A DNA stretch of 52,047 nucleotides from a virus (taxonomy: Duplodnaviria; Caudoviricetes), in the IMG/VR virus record IMGVR_UViG_3300046780_000286, positions 1 through 52,047 of that record; one strand, 5' to 3'. Below the pieces are notes generated by a model. It searched no databases. It had not been told where the DNA came from and was given only the letters and a program-made list of their open reading frames with translations. Below, piece by piece: positions 33,752 through 43,571 of this stretch. A program made the translations under genes and the position numbers. Each line of letters opens with the position of its first letter. The first letter of the stretch is position 1.

Positions 33752-34381
33752 ATGAAGATCATCAAAAGCACCGGTTCGGAAGAAGCCGTTACAATAGAAG
33801 ACTTGCGAGCATTCATGCCGGCGCCCAGTACGAATTTCAAATCGCGAGAGATTGAACAAGAAACCGAAAAGCCCTTAGTTGAAACAGCAGTCGAAGTAAC
33901 TGAACCCACCGGCGCCCTCCCCGCGCCCGTCGCCGTTTCAACAAGAAAACATCCCAACGTCGAAGCAATCGTCAACGCCTACGAAGGTGAAGGGATTTCG
34001 GTTGATAACATCGCACAGATGTTCGATTGGGAAGCTTCTCTCGTAAGGATCATTCTCGCACAAAAGTCCAAGCTATACCGAATCCAAGAGAATGTCAACA
34101 CTGATGGATCAAAATTCGAGTTAGTATCTGATGAAGACTTTTTCGAGATTAAAGATGCGTTTCTCACGATGGTTAAAAGCGAGAACGTTCTCAAACCCGC
34201 AGATCGAGCTAAGAATATGCGATGGCTTCTTGACGAGAAGAAGGGTCGCAATGATGCAATCAAAACCGCGCCCGTTACCAATAACATCGTTTCTCTTAAC
34301 CAGTTCATTAAGTCGAACCGTGAGAAGTACGAAAAACGGATCGAGCGATTGAGAGGCTCGAAAGAGGCCATTGAAGCATGA
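33752..34381 (+). CDS. Putative terminase small subunit
   Basis: 209 aa with an HTH-like segment (ISVDNIAQMFDW), ATGA-coupled to the large terminase. Confidence 0.6.
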   Translation: MKIIKSTGSEEAVTIEDLRAFMPAPSTNFKSREIEQETEKPLVETAVEVTEPTGALPAPVAVSTRKHPNVEAIVNAYEGEGISVDNIAQMFDWEASLVRIILAQKSKLYRIQENVNTDGSKFELVSDEDFFEIKDAFLTMVKSENVLKPADRAKNMRWLLDEKKGRNDAIKTAPVTNNIVSLNQFIKSNREKYEKRIERLRGSKEAIEA

Positions 34382-36159
34382 GCTTCGACGCGAATGACTC
34401 TGAAGGTTTTGCAACGCATGACGAGTTTCTCTCGATCATGCGCAAAAAGATTGACGGGAACAATCATGTCGTGGAAGAACCTCCACCGGCGCGAGCAACC
34501 CGAAAAGCCAGCGAGAACATGGAGGTCCCCTCAAAAGGTCTCCATGATTTCTCCGGGAACAAAGAATATGAACCACTTGAATTCGCATCTGCTTACGAGT
34601 TCATGCTAACGTATCACGACGAGTTCGAGTTGTACGATTGGCAGATCGAGGAACTAGAAAGACTCTCCGGTTGGAACGAAGAAACTGGAACATACATCCA
34701 ACCTACGTCTGTCGAGCCAATGCAGTACTCTCTCGCAGCAGCAAACGGCTCTGGTAAGGATAACGTGCTCATAGCAGGATTTATCTTGTGGTTCTTAGCC
34801 ACTAAGACACACGGCCAAGTTCGTGTCACTTCTAACACCGCGGCACAAATCGACGCGCAGACATTCGCGCACGCGAAATACTATGCGCAGAAAATTAACC
34901 GCTCTGGAGTCTATGGCGAAGAGCTATTCCAAATTAAACACCTCCATATCGAATGTGAACGTACTGGGGCGAAATGCCTTATGTTCGTCACGAATGAAGC
35001 TGGACGCGCGGAAGGCTTTCACGCCAAGTTCGGAAACCCCTTTGCAGTTATCATCAACGAAGCTAAATCTATCGACGACGCCTTGTTTGGTGGATTTGTT
35101 CGTTACACAGGCTGGACGCATTGGATAGAAATCTCTTCAACAGGATACCGACGTGGACACTTCTACCGTAAATTTACTTCGCCAGAAGCTCTCTCATATC
35201 CGAAACCACTCCAATATGGCATTCTGTGGAATCGAAAAATCAAGGCTAGTGATTGCCCGCATATCATGTCGGGCAAAGCGCGAATCGCCGAGATCATGCG
35301 TGATTTCGGATCGGACAGCATCGAATACCATTCCGCAATCGCAAGCGAGTTCTCAGACGGGTCGTCAAATGACATTCTGATTAAGGGCAAGTACTGTGAA
35401 TATGCTGATCCAAAAGAAGACACATACGGATTACCGAAAGTCGCTGGTGTCGATTTATCTCTCGGCGGAGATGAAACCGTAGTGAGCATTTGGCAAGGAA
35501 ACTACAGGGTTGCACAAGTTTGTCTCAAGGAGCGCTACGAGCCCACGTTACACTTTCGTCTCATAGAGATTTTCAAAGAGCATGAACTCTTGCCGGAGAA
35601 CATCATCGCAGATGCAGGCGGTCTAGGAAAGCCAATCATCCACAGACTTGCTGAGGCAGGCTGGCCCGTTGACATGTTCAACTTCGGAGGTTCCGCTAGG
35701 AACAAATCGTACTACACGAACATCGGCGCCGAGCTATGGATGATAGTGAAAAGGCTAGTCGAGGAGAAGCTAATAGTCCTGCCAAGAATGGACTACAAAT
35801 TGCTAGAGCAATTAACCTCGCGTAGGTACGACACGTTGTCAGGGAAGATCAAACTTGAGTCGAAAGAAGATGTTCGTTCAAGAGGTGAGGATTCTCCCGA
35901 TCGTGCCGACGCGATGATAATGGCGTGGAGTCGTTATGATATTGATGCTTTTCGAGCTCTGGCGAAACCCGGATCGGTTAAAGGTGCTAAGCCGTTGCCG
36001 AATACGCGTACGGCGCCGGAGCCAGTCTCGTTCAATTTCCAAGCGATACAAGCTGAGATGGAACGGCGGCGAGAATCCGGCGCGGGAATTACTTTTGGTG
36101 GTCAACGTAGTAAACAACGTAGAGGAGGATTTATATGGGCTATGACAAATTGTCGATGA
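34378..36159 (+). CDS. terL: Terminase large subunit
   Basis: AANGSGKD Walker A, EGFH...VIINEA Walker B, ISST, nuclease GVDLSLGG-D, IADAGGLG, SPDRADA. Confidence 0.9.
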   Translation: MSFDANDSEGFATHDEFLSIMRKKIDGNNHVVEEPPPARATRKASENMEVPSKGLHDFSGNKEYEPLEFASAYEFMLTYHDEFELYDWQIEELERLSGWNEETGTYIQPTSVEPMQYSLAAANGSGKDNVLIAGFILWFLATKTHGQVRVTSNTAAQIDAQTFAHAKYYAQKINRSGVYGEELFQIKHLHIECERTGAKCLMFVTNEAGRAEGFHAKFGNPFAVIINEAKSIDDALFGGFVRYTGWTHWIEISSTGYRRGHFYRKFTSPEALSYPKPLQYGILWNRKIKASDCPHIMSGKARIAEIMRDFGSDSIEYHSAIASEFSDGSSNDILIKGKYCEYADPKEDTYGLPKVAGVDLSLGGDETVVSIWQGNYRVAQVCLKERYEPTLHFRLIEIFKEHELLPENIIADAGGLGKPIIHRLAEAGWPVDMFNFGGSARNKSYYTNIGAELWMIVKRLVEEKLIVLPRMDYKLLEQLTSRRYDTLSGKIKLESKEDVRSRGEDSPDRADAMIMAWSRYDIDAFRALAKPGSVKGAKPLPNTRTAPEPVSFNFQAIQAEMERRRESGAGITFGGQRSKQRRGGFIWAMTNCR

Positions 36160-36422
36160 AGAAAAGCAACAAGACACCTTTTAATGACAAGCAAGAAGCG
36201 AGTTCTGACAAAGGCGATCAGTCTCATGAATTCATAGATCGTTTCATCGAAGGACTTTCTAAAGAGGAAAAAACCTATGCTTGTGACAAACTGCAATCTG
36301 CGATCAATGAGGAAGATGGCGAGAGCGAATCTCCCATGATCGACATGGAAAAGCTCAAGTCATCCGATTTTGATCTGACTGATAAGAGCGACGACGCAGA
36401 AGAACTCGACGACGAGGCTTAA
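36135..36422 (+). CDS. Small acidic protein
   Basis: 95 aa, D/E-rich, between terminase and portal. Confidence 0.65.
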   Translation: MGYDKLSMKKSNKTPFNDKQEASSDKGDQSHEFIDRFIEGLSKEEKTYACDKLQSAINEEDGESESPMIDMEKLKSSDFDLTDKSDDAEELDDEA

Positions 36423-36427
36423 TTTCT

Positions 36428-38308
36428 ATGAACGAACTCAACACCAACAGCGCCGGTGTCGCTGCAGTTCAAGCGCCGGCGATAATCTCTTTGTCGAACT
36501 TCTCGCGGTTTAAGCAGTACTTCACAACTCTCTACGAAGGATTCAATGAAAGTGTCATTAACGACCAGTGGAATGCTAGGAACATCCGGCGGCTGGAGGT
36601 CTCAGTCGATTCGCTCCAGCAGTCGGGCAAGCTCGAAGCAGACGAAACCTACATCCCCGTCCGAATCATTGACCGAAACGTCAAAGCGCGAATGCCTAGT
36701 CGACTTGCCTATCTCAAGTCAGCCAATCGCCTCGCCATCTTTGAAGCGCAATTCTCGCTCGAAGCCATCGATATCCAGCCCAACACCTCACGACTCGAAT
36801 CCGAATTCTGGCGAGTCCTCACCTACGACAACTGGGAAACATCCTACATCGCTTCCTCAGACGGAGCCGAGTTTGTCGGATGGAACTGGCTCGAAGTCCT
36901 CTACACGCCGACGGAAGGTTACGAAGGCCACTGCGGAATCTTCCAAGTCGGACGCGAAAACCTGATCTTCGACACCGGAGTAGATGACATTCAGAAATCT
37001 AAAATCGTCGTAAAGCGAATTCCGATCACACTTGTCACGCTTGCAGAATACGCAAAAGTCTTCGCGTTCAAGCCAGCATTCGTAGCGAAATTGATGGAGC
37101 AAGTCAATCTTGTCGATACCAATTCCGGGCCTGGGAGCGCGAGCTATGATAACGCAGATGACTCATGCATCTACATCTTTCGAGCATTTTGGAAAGAAGG
37201 CGGAGTTGTTAAAACCGCTTTCTACGCCGACGACCTAGAAGACTGGCTCAACGATCCGCACGATTTTTACAATGGCGTTGACAAGGAAGTTGAACAAGCT
37301 CCAGTAGTTCAGCCGGGTTCGCTAGTTCCAGAAGCCACGAAAGTCTGGCAAAAGGAACCTTCGCGAGAATATCCTTTCGTACCGGTTCTTAGGTCAATCA
37401 CAGAAGACTTGCGCATAGCACAGACACAGGGTTCCGTTTCGGCTGATTACGGAATCCAAGAAGCAGCTTGTTCCGTGTTCTCAGCACTGGTCAACATGGG
37501 CAATAGACACGCGCAGACCATGTGGTCGCCGGCTGGTGACAATTATGACAAGACCGGCGCTCCAAAGCAGCTTTCGATGAAGCTTGAACGCGGGCAAATT
37601 TGGGATCGTCCAATGGCTGCATTCTCCACGCCGCCACCAGACTCCACGCTTCCGAACATCATTCAAGCTCTTGAACAGTGCAACGCGCAGAATAACCAAC
37701 AGATCGCATGGGCAGTTAATAACCGTAAGGATTCTAGAAAAACCGCAACCGAAGTCGGCGAAGCGGCAAGGACTCAGTCCGAGATCAACTCGTCCGAGAC
37801 GTTCATGTTTAGCATGTGTCTTAGGCAAGCATGGTCTATGGCTTGGCCAATCATCCAGTCGCAAGCGTTGCAAGGATTGATTGTGTTTTGTCCCATGCCT
37901 GACGGTACGAACGACGTAGAGTTGATTCGCAAGTCCTACAAGCTCAAAGCCGCCGGCGATACTGATTACGTTGAGAAGCAAAAGACAATCGTGAACATGC
38001 AGCAAGACATGCCTACCATGTTGCCGACGCCGGCGGGGCCAATGTTCCTAACGCATTATCTTAGACTCAGATATCCTGCTGAAGCGGATACCTACATCAA
38101 AGCACTCGATGCACAACGTGCGCAAGAAGAACAACAAAAGAACGCTTTGTTGAAAACCGCCGTTACTGACCCGCACACAGGTGAACTCGAACCGGAGTTC
38201 CAGCCATATCAGGCACAAATCGCACAGATGCTAGCACCGAAGCAAGCTGGCGCTAAGACTAGTCAGCAACAACCCCAACAATCTCCCCCGCAGCAACAAG
38301 CAGCATAA
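36428..38308 (+). CDS. Portal protein (podovirus type)
   Basis: 626 aa after terL, with YPFVP, KTATEV and a Q-rich C-terminal tail. Confidence 0.8.
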   Translation: MNELNTNSAGVAAVQAPAIISLSNFSRFKQYFTTLYEGFNESVINDQWNARNIRRLEVSVDSLQQSGKLEADETYIPVRIIDRNVKARMPSRLAYLKSANRLAIFEAQFSLEAIDIQPNTSRLESEFWRVLTYDNWETSYIASSDGAEFVGWNWLEVLYTPTEGYEGHCGIFQVGRENLIFDTGVDDIQKSKIVVKRIPITLVTLAEYAKVFAFKPAFVAKLMEQVNLVDTNSGPGSASYDNADDSCIYIFRAFWKEGGVVKTAFYADDLEDWLNDPHDFYNGVDKEVEQAPVVQPGSLVPEATKVWQKEPSREYPFVPVLRSITEDLRIAQTQGSVSADYGIQEAACSVFSALVNMGNRHAQTMWSPAGDNYDKTGAPKQLSMKLERGQIWDRPMAAFSTPPPDSTLPNIIQALEQCNAQNNQQIAWAVNNRKDSRKTATEVGEAARTQSEINSSETFMFSMCLRQAWSMAWPIIQSQALQGLIVFCPMPDGTNDVELIRKSYKLKAAGDTDYVEKQKTIVNMQQDMPTMLPTPAGPMFLTHYLRLRYPAEADTYIKALDAQRAQEEQQKNALLKTAVTDPHTGELEPEFQPYQAQIAQMLAPKQAGAKTSQQQPQQSPPQQQAA

Positions 38309-38318
38309 AACAACAAAT

Positions 38319-38573
38319 ATGAATGTAACAATGAGAGACGCGATTGCGTCTGTAAAACCAGTAGAAGAAACATCGCCGAAGGAATTGACTGATTATCAGG
38401 TTTGGTTGACTCATCCACAGACGAAGCGATTTAAAGCTATGCTAGAATCTGCACGACAAGACTTTCTTGAACGCGCGGAAAAAGCCAACATGACTGATAA
38501 TGATGAACATGTCAAAGCTTGCCTTGCTTCGGCTCTGACTCTTAACAACATTATTCATATCAATCTCGTTTAA
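38319..38573 (+). CDS. Small head-associated hypothetical protein
   Basis: 84 aa with W..HP.T, directly after the portal gene. Confidence 0.6.
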   Translation: MNVTMRDAIASVKPVEETSPKELTDYQVWLTHPQTKRFKAMLESARQDFLERAEKANMTDNDEHVKACLASALTLNNIIHINLV

Positions 38574-39910
38574 TGAAAACCACCTCCTCCACTCCCTCCG
38601 CACCAGTCTCGCGTCCTGTTTCTAGGTCTAATCCAGTCTCTACTCCGGGACTCACAGAGCGAGACTTTGACCAAGACTCAACACACATCGGTAATGAAAC
38701 CACCAACCCAAGTGCTGGTAACATTGACTTGCTTAGCCTTGCTGACGGGCGCAGTAGCCAGTCTGACCCCGTGCGTCCCGACGGGCGTTCGCCGATTAAG
38801 ACTATCGATGCGAATGACTTGCGAAAGTCTGCGAAAGAAAAAGACCCGTTTAAGAAGTTAAAAGAACCCGAGCAAAAAGCACAGGATGATCCTAGTGCTG
38901 ATGGTGAGGAAGTCGTTGCTCAGGACAGCACCGATAGCAAAACTCTTGAAACCGCTGCCAAGACCTCGCTAGAACTTGAGCCAGTTCTAGACGACGAAAC
39001 TGAAACCGCTGCCGCGTCAGCTGAGAACGCAGCCGGTGCTGGTTCGGGTGACGGTGTTGTCAAACCTGACGAGAAGCGCGCTAGGGATTACTCACAGTTC
39101 AGCGATCCCGACTTCGTAGCCTACGCGAAAAAACTCCCCAACGACGCCTTCGCGAGACTCACGAAAAAGTTCCAAGACTTCGAGAAAGAAAAAACCGAAG
39201 TCAAGCAACTCAAGGAAGTCTTGGCAAAAGCGCCAACCGTGCCTTATGAACAAGAAGGCGGTTACGTCATGGACCCGAATTGGAAGAACGTCACAAACGC
39301 ATTCAACGCCTATCAGTACGAAGCGAACCACTGGGACGTACAGCGCGACAGGATCGAAGCCGGCGAAGCTTGGCAAGACTTCCGAGGCTTCGACAAGGAC
39401 GGCCAGCCAGTGCTCGTTACGATCGCTGCGCCGGAAAACGGCATCGTCAACAAGCAGCATCTTAAAGCGGTCGAGCGTGCCTATCTGAAAGCCGATTCTG
39501 ACTTGAATCGTACACGCGATTCGGCTGCTGGTTTGATTAACAATCACCAACAGCGCGTTCAGCAAAATCGCGCCGGCATGGCCGAAATGCGCAAGAAGCT
39601 GTTTCCAAAATCGCATGAGTTCGACAAGCTCGAAGGCGAAGACAAAAAGAACTTCAACCTAGCAGCGAGTCTGTTTGAGCCTCAATACAGAGAGAATCCA
39701 TTCGTCATCAACAACTGTCTCGCTTATGTCGAAATGGCTAAGTGGTCAGTTGCTGCGGCGAAAATCGGTGCTGAGAACAAACGTCTGAAAGCAATGCTCA
39801 ACGGCCAAAAAGCCTCAGGCAATATCTCGCTGCCGAGTTCGGCTAGTCCTGACAAGGACGGCTCAGAAGGTCCGATGATTAACCTGAGGAAACTTGCACA
39901 GGGGATGTAA
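38573..39910 (+). CDS. Putative capsid scaffolding protein
   Basis: 445 aa with a disordered acidic N-half and helical C-half, between portal and capsid genes. Confidence 0.6.
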   Translation: MKTTSSTPSAPVSRPVSRSNPVSTPGLTERDFDQDSTHIGNETTNPSAGNIDLLSLADGRSSQSDPVRPDGRSPIKTIDANDLRKSAKEKDPFKKLKEPEQKAQDDPSADGEEVVAQDSTDSKTLETAAKTSLELEPVLDDETETAAASAENAAGAGSGDGVVKPDEKRARDYSQFSDPDFVAYAKKLPNDAFARLTKKFQDFEKEKTEVKQLKEVLAKAPTVPYEQEGGYVMDPNWKNVTNAFNAYQYEANHWDVQRDRIEAGEAWQDFRGFDKDGQPVLVTIAAPENGIVNKQHLKAVERAYLKADSDLNRTRDSAAGLINNHQQRVQQNRAGMAEMRKKLFPKSHEFDKLEGEDKKNFNLAASLFEPQYRENPFVINNCLAYVEMAKWSVAAAKIGAENKRLKAMLNGQKASGNISLPSSASPDKDGSEGPMINLRKLAQGM

Positions 39911-39929
39911 CTCATAACACAACTAAATT

Positions 39930-40172
39930 ATGCCCGTACTTCATGGAGTCCTAGGACATGTCGGAACAATGCAGCAGCATGTTGCTCCACCTGAGCGCAC
40001 AGAGCCTTTGTTGCAAGCGGCTAATATGCTTGCCGGAATTGCCTGTCAGAAAATCAAAACCGTTTCCGAGCGAGAAGAACTTCTAGCCGATCTACAAACT
40101 TGGCTAAACAAACTGCGTAAGTTTGAGGAAGAACAGCAAGCGAAAACTATTGTTAGGCCTTTGATTCGTTAA
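39930..40172 (+). CDS. Hypothetical protein
   Basis: 80 aa with an A/C-rich leader. Confidence 0.6.
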   Translation: MPVLHGVLGHVGTMQQHVAPPERTEPLLQAANMLAGIACQKIKTVSEREELLADLQTWLNKLRKFEEEQQAKTIVRPLIR

Positions 40173-40198
40173 GAACAAAAACAACAGTAATACAGCAT

Positions 40199-40525
40199 AT
40201 GAAAACATTGACAGAAGGACACAAGTACGAATTGGATCATTTTGAAAGCTTTGGATTACCTGGTTGCAAGGTACAGACTTTGCAGTTCATTGAGAAGATT
40301 CCAAAGTTCGGCTCGATGACAAACGAACTAACCACCGTTAATGATGGCACTACCAACGAGGAAGTTTTGCGTATGCTCATTGATCGTATGCAATACCTAC
40401 AAAATAAGTTTCCTTGTCGTGAGAATGCTTTGGTTATTACCAAACTTGAAGAGTCCTTGATGTGGCTAGAAAAACGCACAGCTGATCGTAAAAATCGTGG
40501 AGTCGAAGGTAAACAGCTCAAGTAA
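40199..40525 (+). CDS. tad1: Tad1/Acb2-family anti-defence (immune signal sponge) protein
   Basis: H.Y...LQF...GTTNEEVL..LIDRM..LQ.KFPCRENALVITKLEESLMWLEKRTADR..RGVEG matches the Tad1 pattern as I recall it. Confidence 0.8.
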   Translation: MKTLTEGHKYELDHFESFGLPGCKVQTLQFIEKIPKFGSMTNELTTVNDGTTNEEVLRMLIDRMQYLQNKFPCRENALVITKLEESLMWLEKRTADRKNRGVEGKQLK

Positions 40526-40526
40526 A

Positions 40527-40545
40527 CTTGGCACGAATAAAGCTA
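40527..40545 (+). promoter_or_regulatory. Sigma54 (-24/-12) promoter upstream of the major capsid gene
   Basis: CTTGGCACGAATAAAGCTA, with GG at 40530-31 and GC at 40542-43, intergenic. Confidence 0.75.
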
Positions 40546-40581
40546 ATCATCTCTCAAGCGATAAATTCGCAAACGACAATC

Positions 40582-40694
40582 GGAGTAAGTTAGTCTCTAA
40601 CTTGCTTCTGCTAGAGACGCCAACGGCGGCTCAAAGCGAACAAAGAGTGCAAACTCTCATGTTTCTTTGACCAGTCGTTGGCGTTTTTATTTTT
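40582..40694 (+). promoter_or_regulatory. Structured leader of the capsid mRNA (two hairpins, the second followed by a U-tract)
   Basis: GGAGTAAGTTAG/CTAACTTGCTTC hairpin, then ACGCCAACGGC...GCAA loop...GTCGTTGGCGT followed by TTTTATTTTT. Confidence 0.6.
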
Positions 40695-40730
40695 CGCGAA
40701 ACAGTAGCTAATCAGTTAACACTAAATAAT

Positions 40731-42029
40731 ATGCCGGTATTCTATAACCTTGCTCCAACGAATCCGTTGCTGAGCGAAATTCAGAACACAAGCTGGTACA
40801 ATGAGTTGCCGGTTTGGATGGCCATGCAGGAAGTGAACGATCTTATCGACTTTCCTCGCTGGACTAAAAAGTACAAGAAGCGGTCGTGGAAGCCGAACAT
40901 GGGTCCGCTACTCCAGACCGTGATCGCTGAGCGTTCTCCGAAATCTTCTCAGGTCAACACGCCTGCGAACATGAACGAGACCACGCTCTCGACGGTCGTG
41001 GCTCATTACGAGCGCGCGAACTACGCGAACATGAAAGTGCAGAACTTTCAGTCGTTCCAGTTTCATTGGCTTCCTTCGCAGGAAGACTTCCGAACTGGTC
41101 AAGTTGCTACCGCTAAGGACGATCTCATGCGCCAAATCTCTTTTGCGTATGACGACTTCATTCGTTGGCAGGCTTTCAACACCGCGCCGAATGTTTATGT
41201 TGTAGGCAAGGCTGGTGGTGGTCTTACGCCAGTTCTGTACGGTGAAGCTACGCCCACGTCTACTTGGCGTGATGCTAACTTCCTTACCACACAGGGCAAC
41301 AACGTCGGAGCGGTCGGTGCAGGTTTCTTGAACTACGAGCAAATCTGTGCAATCAGGACGATCTTTGAAACCATCGTCGGTGCCACGCCTTGGAATGGTT
41401 CGCCGGGAACTCCGGCCGAGAACGCCACGCTCAAGGGCAAGTTCATCCTGACTGGCGGCTCTGACATCTATGACGCTCTTGCGTTTGATCGTTGGGTCTT
41501 GGACAATCGTCCGATTCAGATGAACCTGCTGAACTCCTTGTTCCGCGGTGCCATCTCGGATAACATCACGTTCCTTCAGGAAAAGTGGCCCATCGCGTTT
41601 ACTGAGGCTGGTGTCCAGCCGCCTGAGGAAATCGAAATGCAGTTGCCGAACCTCACCTATGGTTCGCAGTTCAACTACGAAGTCATTCCTAATCCGGACT
41701 ACGTTAACGCTCCTTATCGCGTTGCGTTCCTTGAGGGAAATGAGCCGAGCGAAATCCTCGAAATTGGCCCGCCGCCCGCGCCGTTCTCCCAGCAGAACAT
41801 CTCGCAAGAGAAGTTCGTGAAGATGAAGTGGAACGGCGAAGTCAAGCTCACCGATAACTTGCTCATTAACTATGGTAACGGAATCACTCCCGATACCAAC
41901 AAGTACGGTGAACTCGTTCAGCTGATCGCTAAGTGTGCGATGGGTTTCGTGCCTAAGAAATCCCGTTGGTGCTTGCCGATTATCTATCGCGTGAATCTCA
42001 CGCCGTCGCTCAATGGCAACGCGGCCTAA
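40731..42029 (+). CDS. Major capsid protein (putative)
   Basis: 432 aa after the scaffold, with its own promoter and strong codon bias. Assigned by synteny. Confidence 0.7.
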   Translation: MPVFYNLAPTNPLLSEIQNTSWYNELPVWMAMQEVNDLIDFPRWTKKYKKRSWKPNMGPLLQTVIAERSPKSSQVNTPANMNETTLSTVVAHYERANYANMKVQNFQSFQFHWLPSQEDFRTGQVATAKDDLMRQISFAYDDFIRWQAFNTAPNVYVVGKAGGGLTPVLYGEATPTSTWRDANFLTTQGNNVGAVGAGFLNYEQICAIRTIFETIVGATPWNGSPGTPAENATLKGKFILTGGSDIYDALAFDRWVLDNRPIQMNLLNSLFRGAISDNITFLQEKWPIAFTEAGVQPPEEIEMQLPNLTYGSQFNYEVIPNPDYVNAPYRVAFLEGNEPSEILEIGPPPAPFSQQNISQEKFVKMKWNGEVKLTDNLLINYGNGITPDTNKYGELVQLIAKCAMGFVPKKSRWCLPIIYRVNLTPSLNGNAA

Positions 42030-42054
42030 GTTGTAAACCATAATAATAACTAAA

Positions 42055-42561
42055 ATGAAAAACTATCTTAAGTCTCTCATTCTCGTTGCTCTTGCTTGCT
42101 TCGGCTTGCAGGCGCAGACTATCAGTTCCGGCGCGTTGACCGCCGCGACTAACAATCTCGTTTCGACGACCGGCGTTGCGATTAACGTCTTGACGCTTTT
42201 CGATACGTCCGGTTCGGCGAATCCGATGATTGTTTATGACAACGACGTAGTTACCACGACGAACATTACTCGTCCGGCCTACGTTTCTGTCACCAAGTAC
42301 AACACGAACGTAACCAGCACGTTTACGAATATCTATGGCGTTATTAGCACTAACACCAGCGCATACTTGTACACGCTCTACACGACTAACGCGCAGGCCA
42401 CGGCCGAGGCGAATCGCGTATTGACTGTGGTTGTTCCAGCGAGCGGTAGCGTTACGTTTGATGCTGCTACGTACGGAGTGCTCGGTACCACGCGTGGACT
42501 CGTCATCAAGTCCACGGGTGCTGGCCAGTACCTCACTTCGTTCAAGTCATTGCCTTATTAA
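42055..42561 (+). CDS. T/N-rich beta protein with signal peptide (capsid decoration-like)
   Basis: MKNYLKSLILVALACFGLQA-Q; directly follows the capsid gene. Confidence 0.6.
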   Translation: MKNYLKSLILVALACFGLQAQTISSGALTAATNNLVSTTGVAINVLTLFDTSGSANPMIVYDNDVVTTTNITRPAYVSVTKYNTNVTSTFTNIYGVISTNTSAYLYTLYTTNAQATAEANRVLTVVVPASGSVTFDAATYGVLGTTRGLVIKSTGAGQYLTSFKSLPY

Positions 42562-42629
42562 GCAATGATCTAACAGAGCGATTCAGAAATGGATCGCTCC
42601 AATTAGCTCATTCTTTTTCGTTAGTCTCT

Positions 42630-43571
42630 ATGGCTTATTTTAATCTTCGTTGGAATCGGGCAGTTGCCACGTACCAAACCGTGGCCGCTGTTACGACACA
42701 GGTTCTAACGCCTTATGTCCAAAACGAATCTCCTTTAGTTGGCGAGGATGAAGGAGCGATTTTAGTCACACTAGCAGATGACACGTCTGGTGCGACGATT
42801 CGGTATACGATTGACAATACATCAGTAACAGAAGACTCGCCTGAGTATACCGCGCCGTTTGTTGTCTCCTCAGGAACAACCTTTCTCAGGGCAGCAGCGT
42901 TTAAAACTGGCATGGTTGATAGCGACGAAATGCTTGCTATCTACATCATCGGCGAAGTCGCTGATAAAGTCGCCACTCCAACATTCTCGCCCACGAATGG
43001 CAACTTCGCCTCAACAGTTACGGTCACGCTTACTTGCGCGACAGTTGGTGCGGACATGTACTACACGCTCGACGGCACCACACCAAGCATCTTGTCGTTC
43101 CCTTATACGGTTCCTTTCAATCTTGCGGCAACTACGCAAGTTAAAGCTATTGGGATTAAATCCGGTTTAACTGATTCAAACGTGGCTAGCAAAACTTACA
43201 CTAAGACCTCCGCCGCCGAGGCGGTTTATTGGGGACCGACGCCGCTTCGAGTTCTTACCGAAGCTGATGTTCTTGCTCTTGCGAATACCTCGCTTGAACT
43301 TGATTTCTTCCGCACATATCCATTTGGAGGAACAGTAGCAGATTACTTTGCTTGGTGGAGTCCTGATGTGTTTGCAGTTCCTCGTTTAACGGATGGCTTC
43401 TATCTCGCACCGTTCCCGGTTTCTATGGCAACGCCTTCTGAGGGATACGTTGATGGACCTACAAACGGCTGGTACTATTACAATCTGACTGTAAATGGTG
43501 TTCCGGGAAAAGTTTTTGCAACCTTCTTCCAACTCGGTTCGGGATCAACTCAGAACATCGTCGTTCAATGA
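42630..43571 (+). CDS. Virion protein with two Fn3-associated / chitobiase-C Ig-like domains
   Basis: GATIRYTID...YTAPF and VATPTFSP...GADMYYTLDGTTPS...YTVPF repeats. Confidence 0.75.
   Translation: MAYFNLRWNRAVATYQTVAAVTTQVLTPYVQNESPLVGEDEGAILVTLADDTSGATIRYTIDNTSVTEDSPEYTAPFVVSSGTTFLRAAAFKTGMVDSDEMLAIYIIGEVADKVATPTFSPTNGNFASTVTVTLTCATVGADMYYTLDGTTPSILSFPYTVPFNLAATTQVKAIGIKSGLTDSNVASKTYTKTSAAEAVYWGPTPLRVLTEADVLALANTSLELDFFRTYPFGGTVADYFAWWSPDVFAVPRLTDGFYLAPFPVSMATPSEGYVDGPTNGWYYYNLTVNGVPGKVFATFFQLGSGSTQNIVVQ

Noticed and set aside
40908-42041. 377-aa antisense ORF over the capsid gene (and similar shadows such as 16887..17606)
   Set aside because: Explained by codon bias of the sense gene. 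No protein-like motifs
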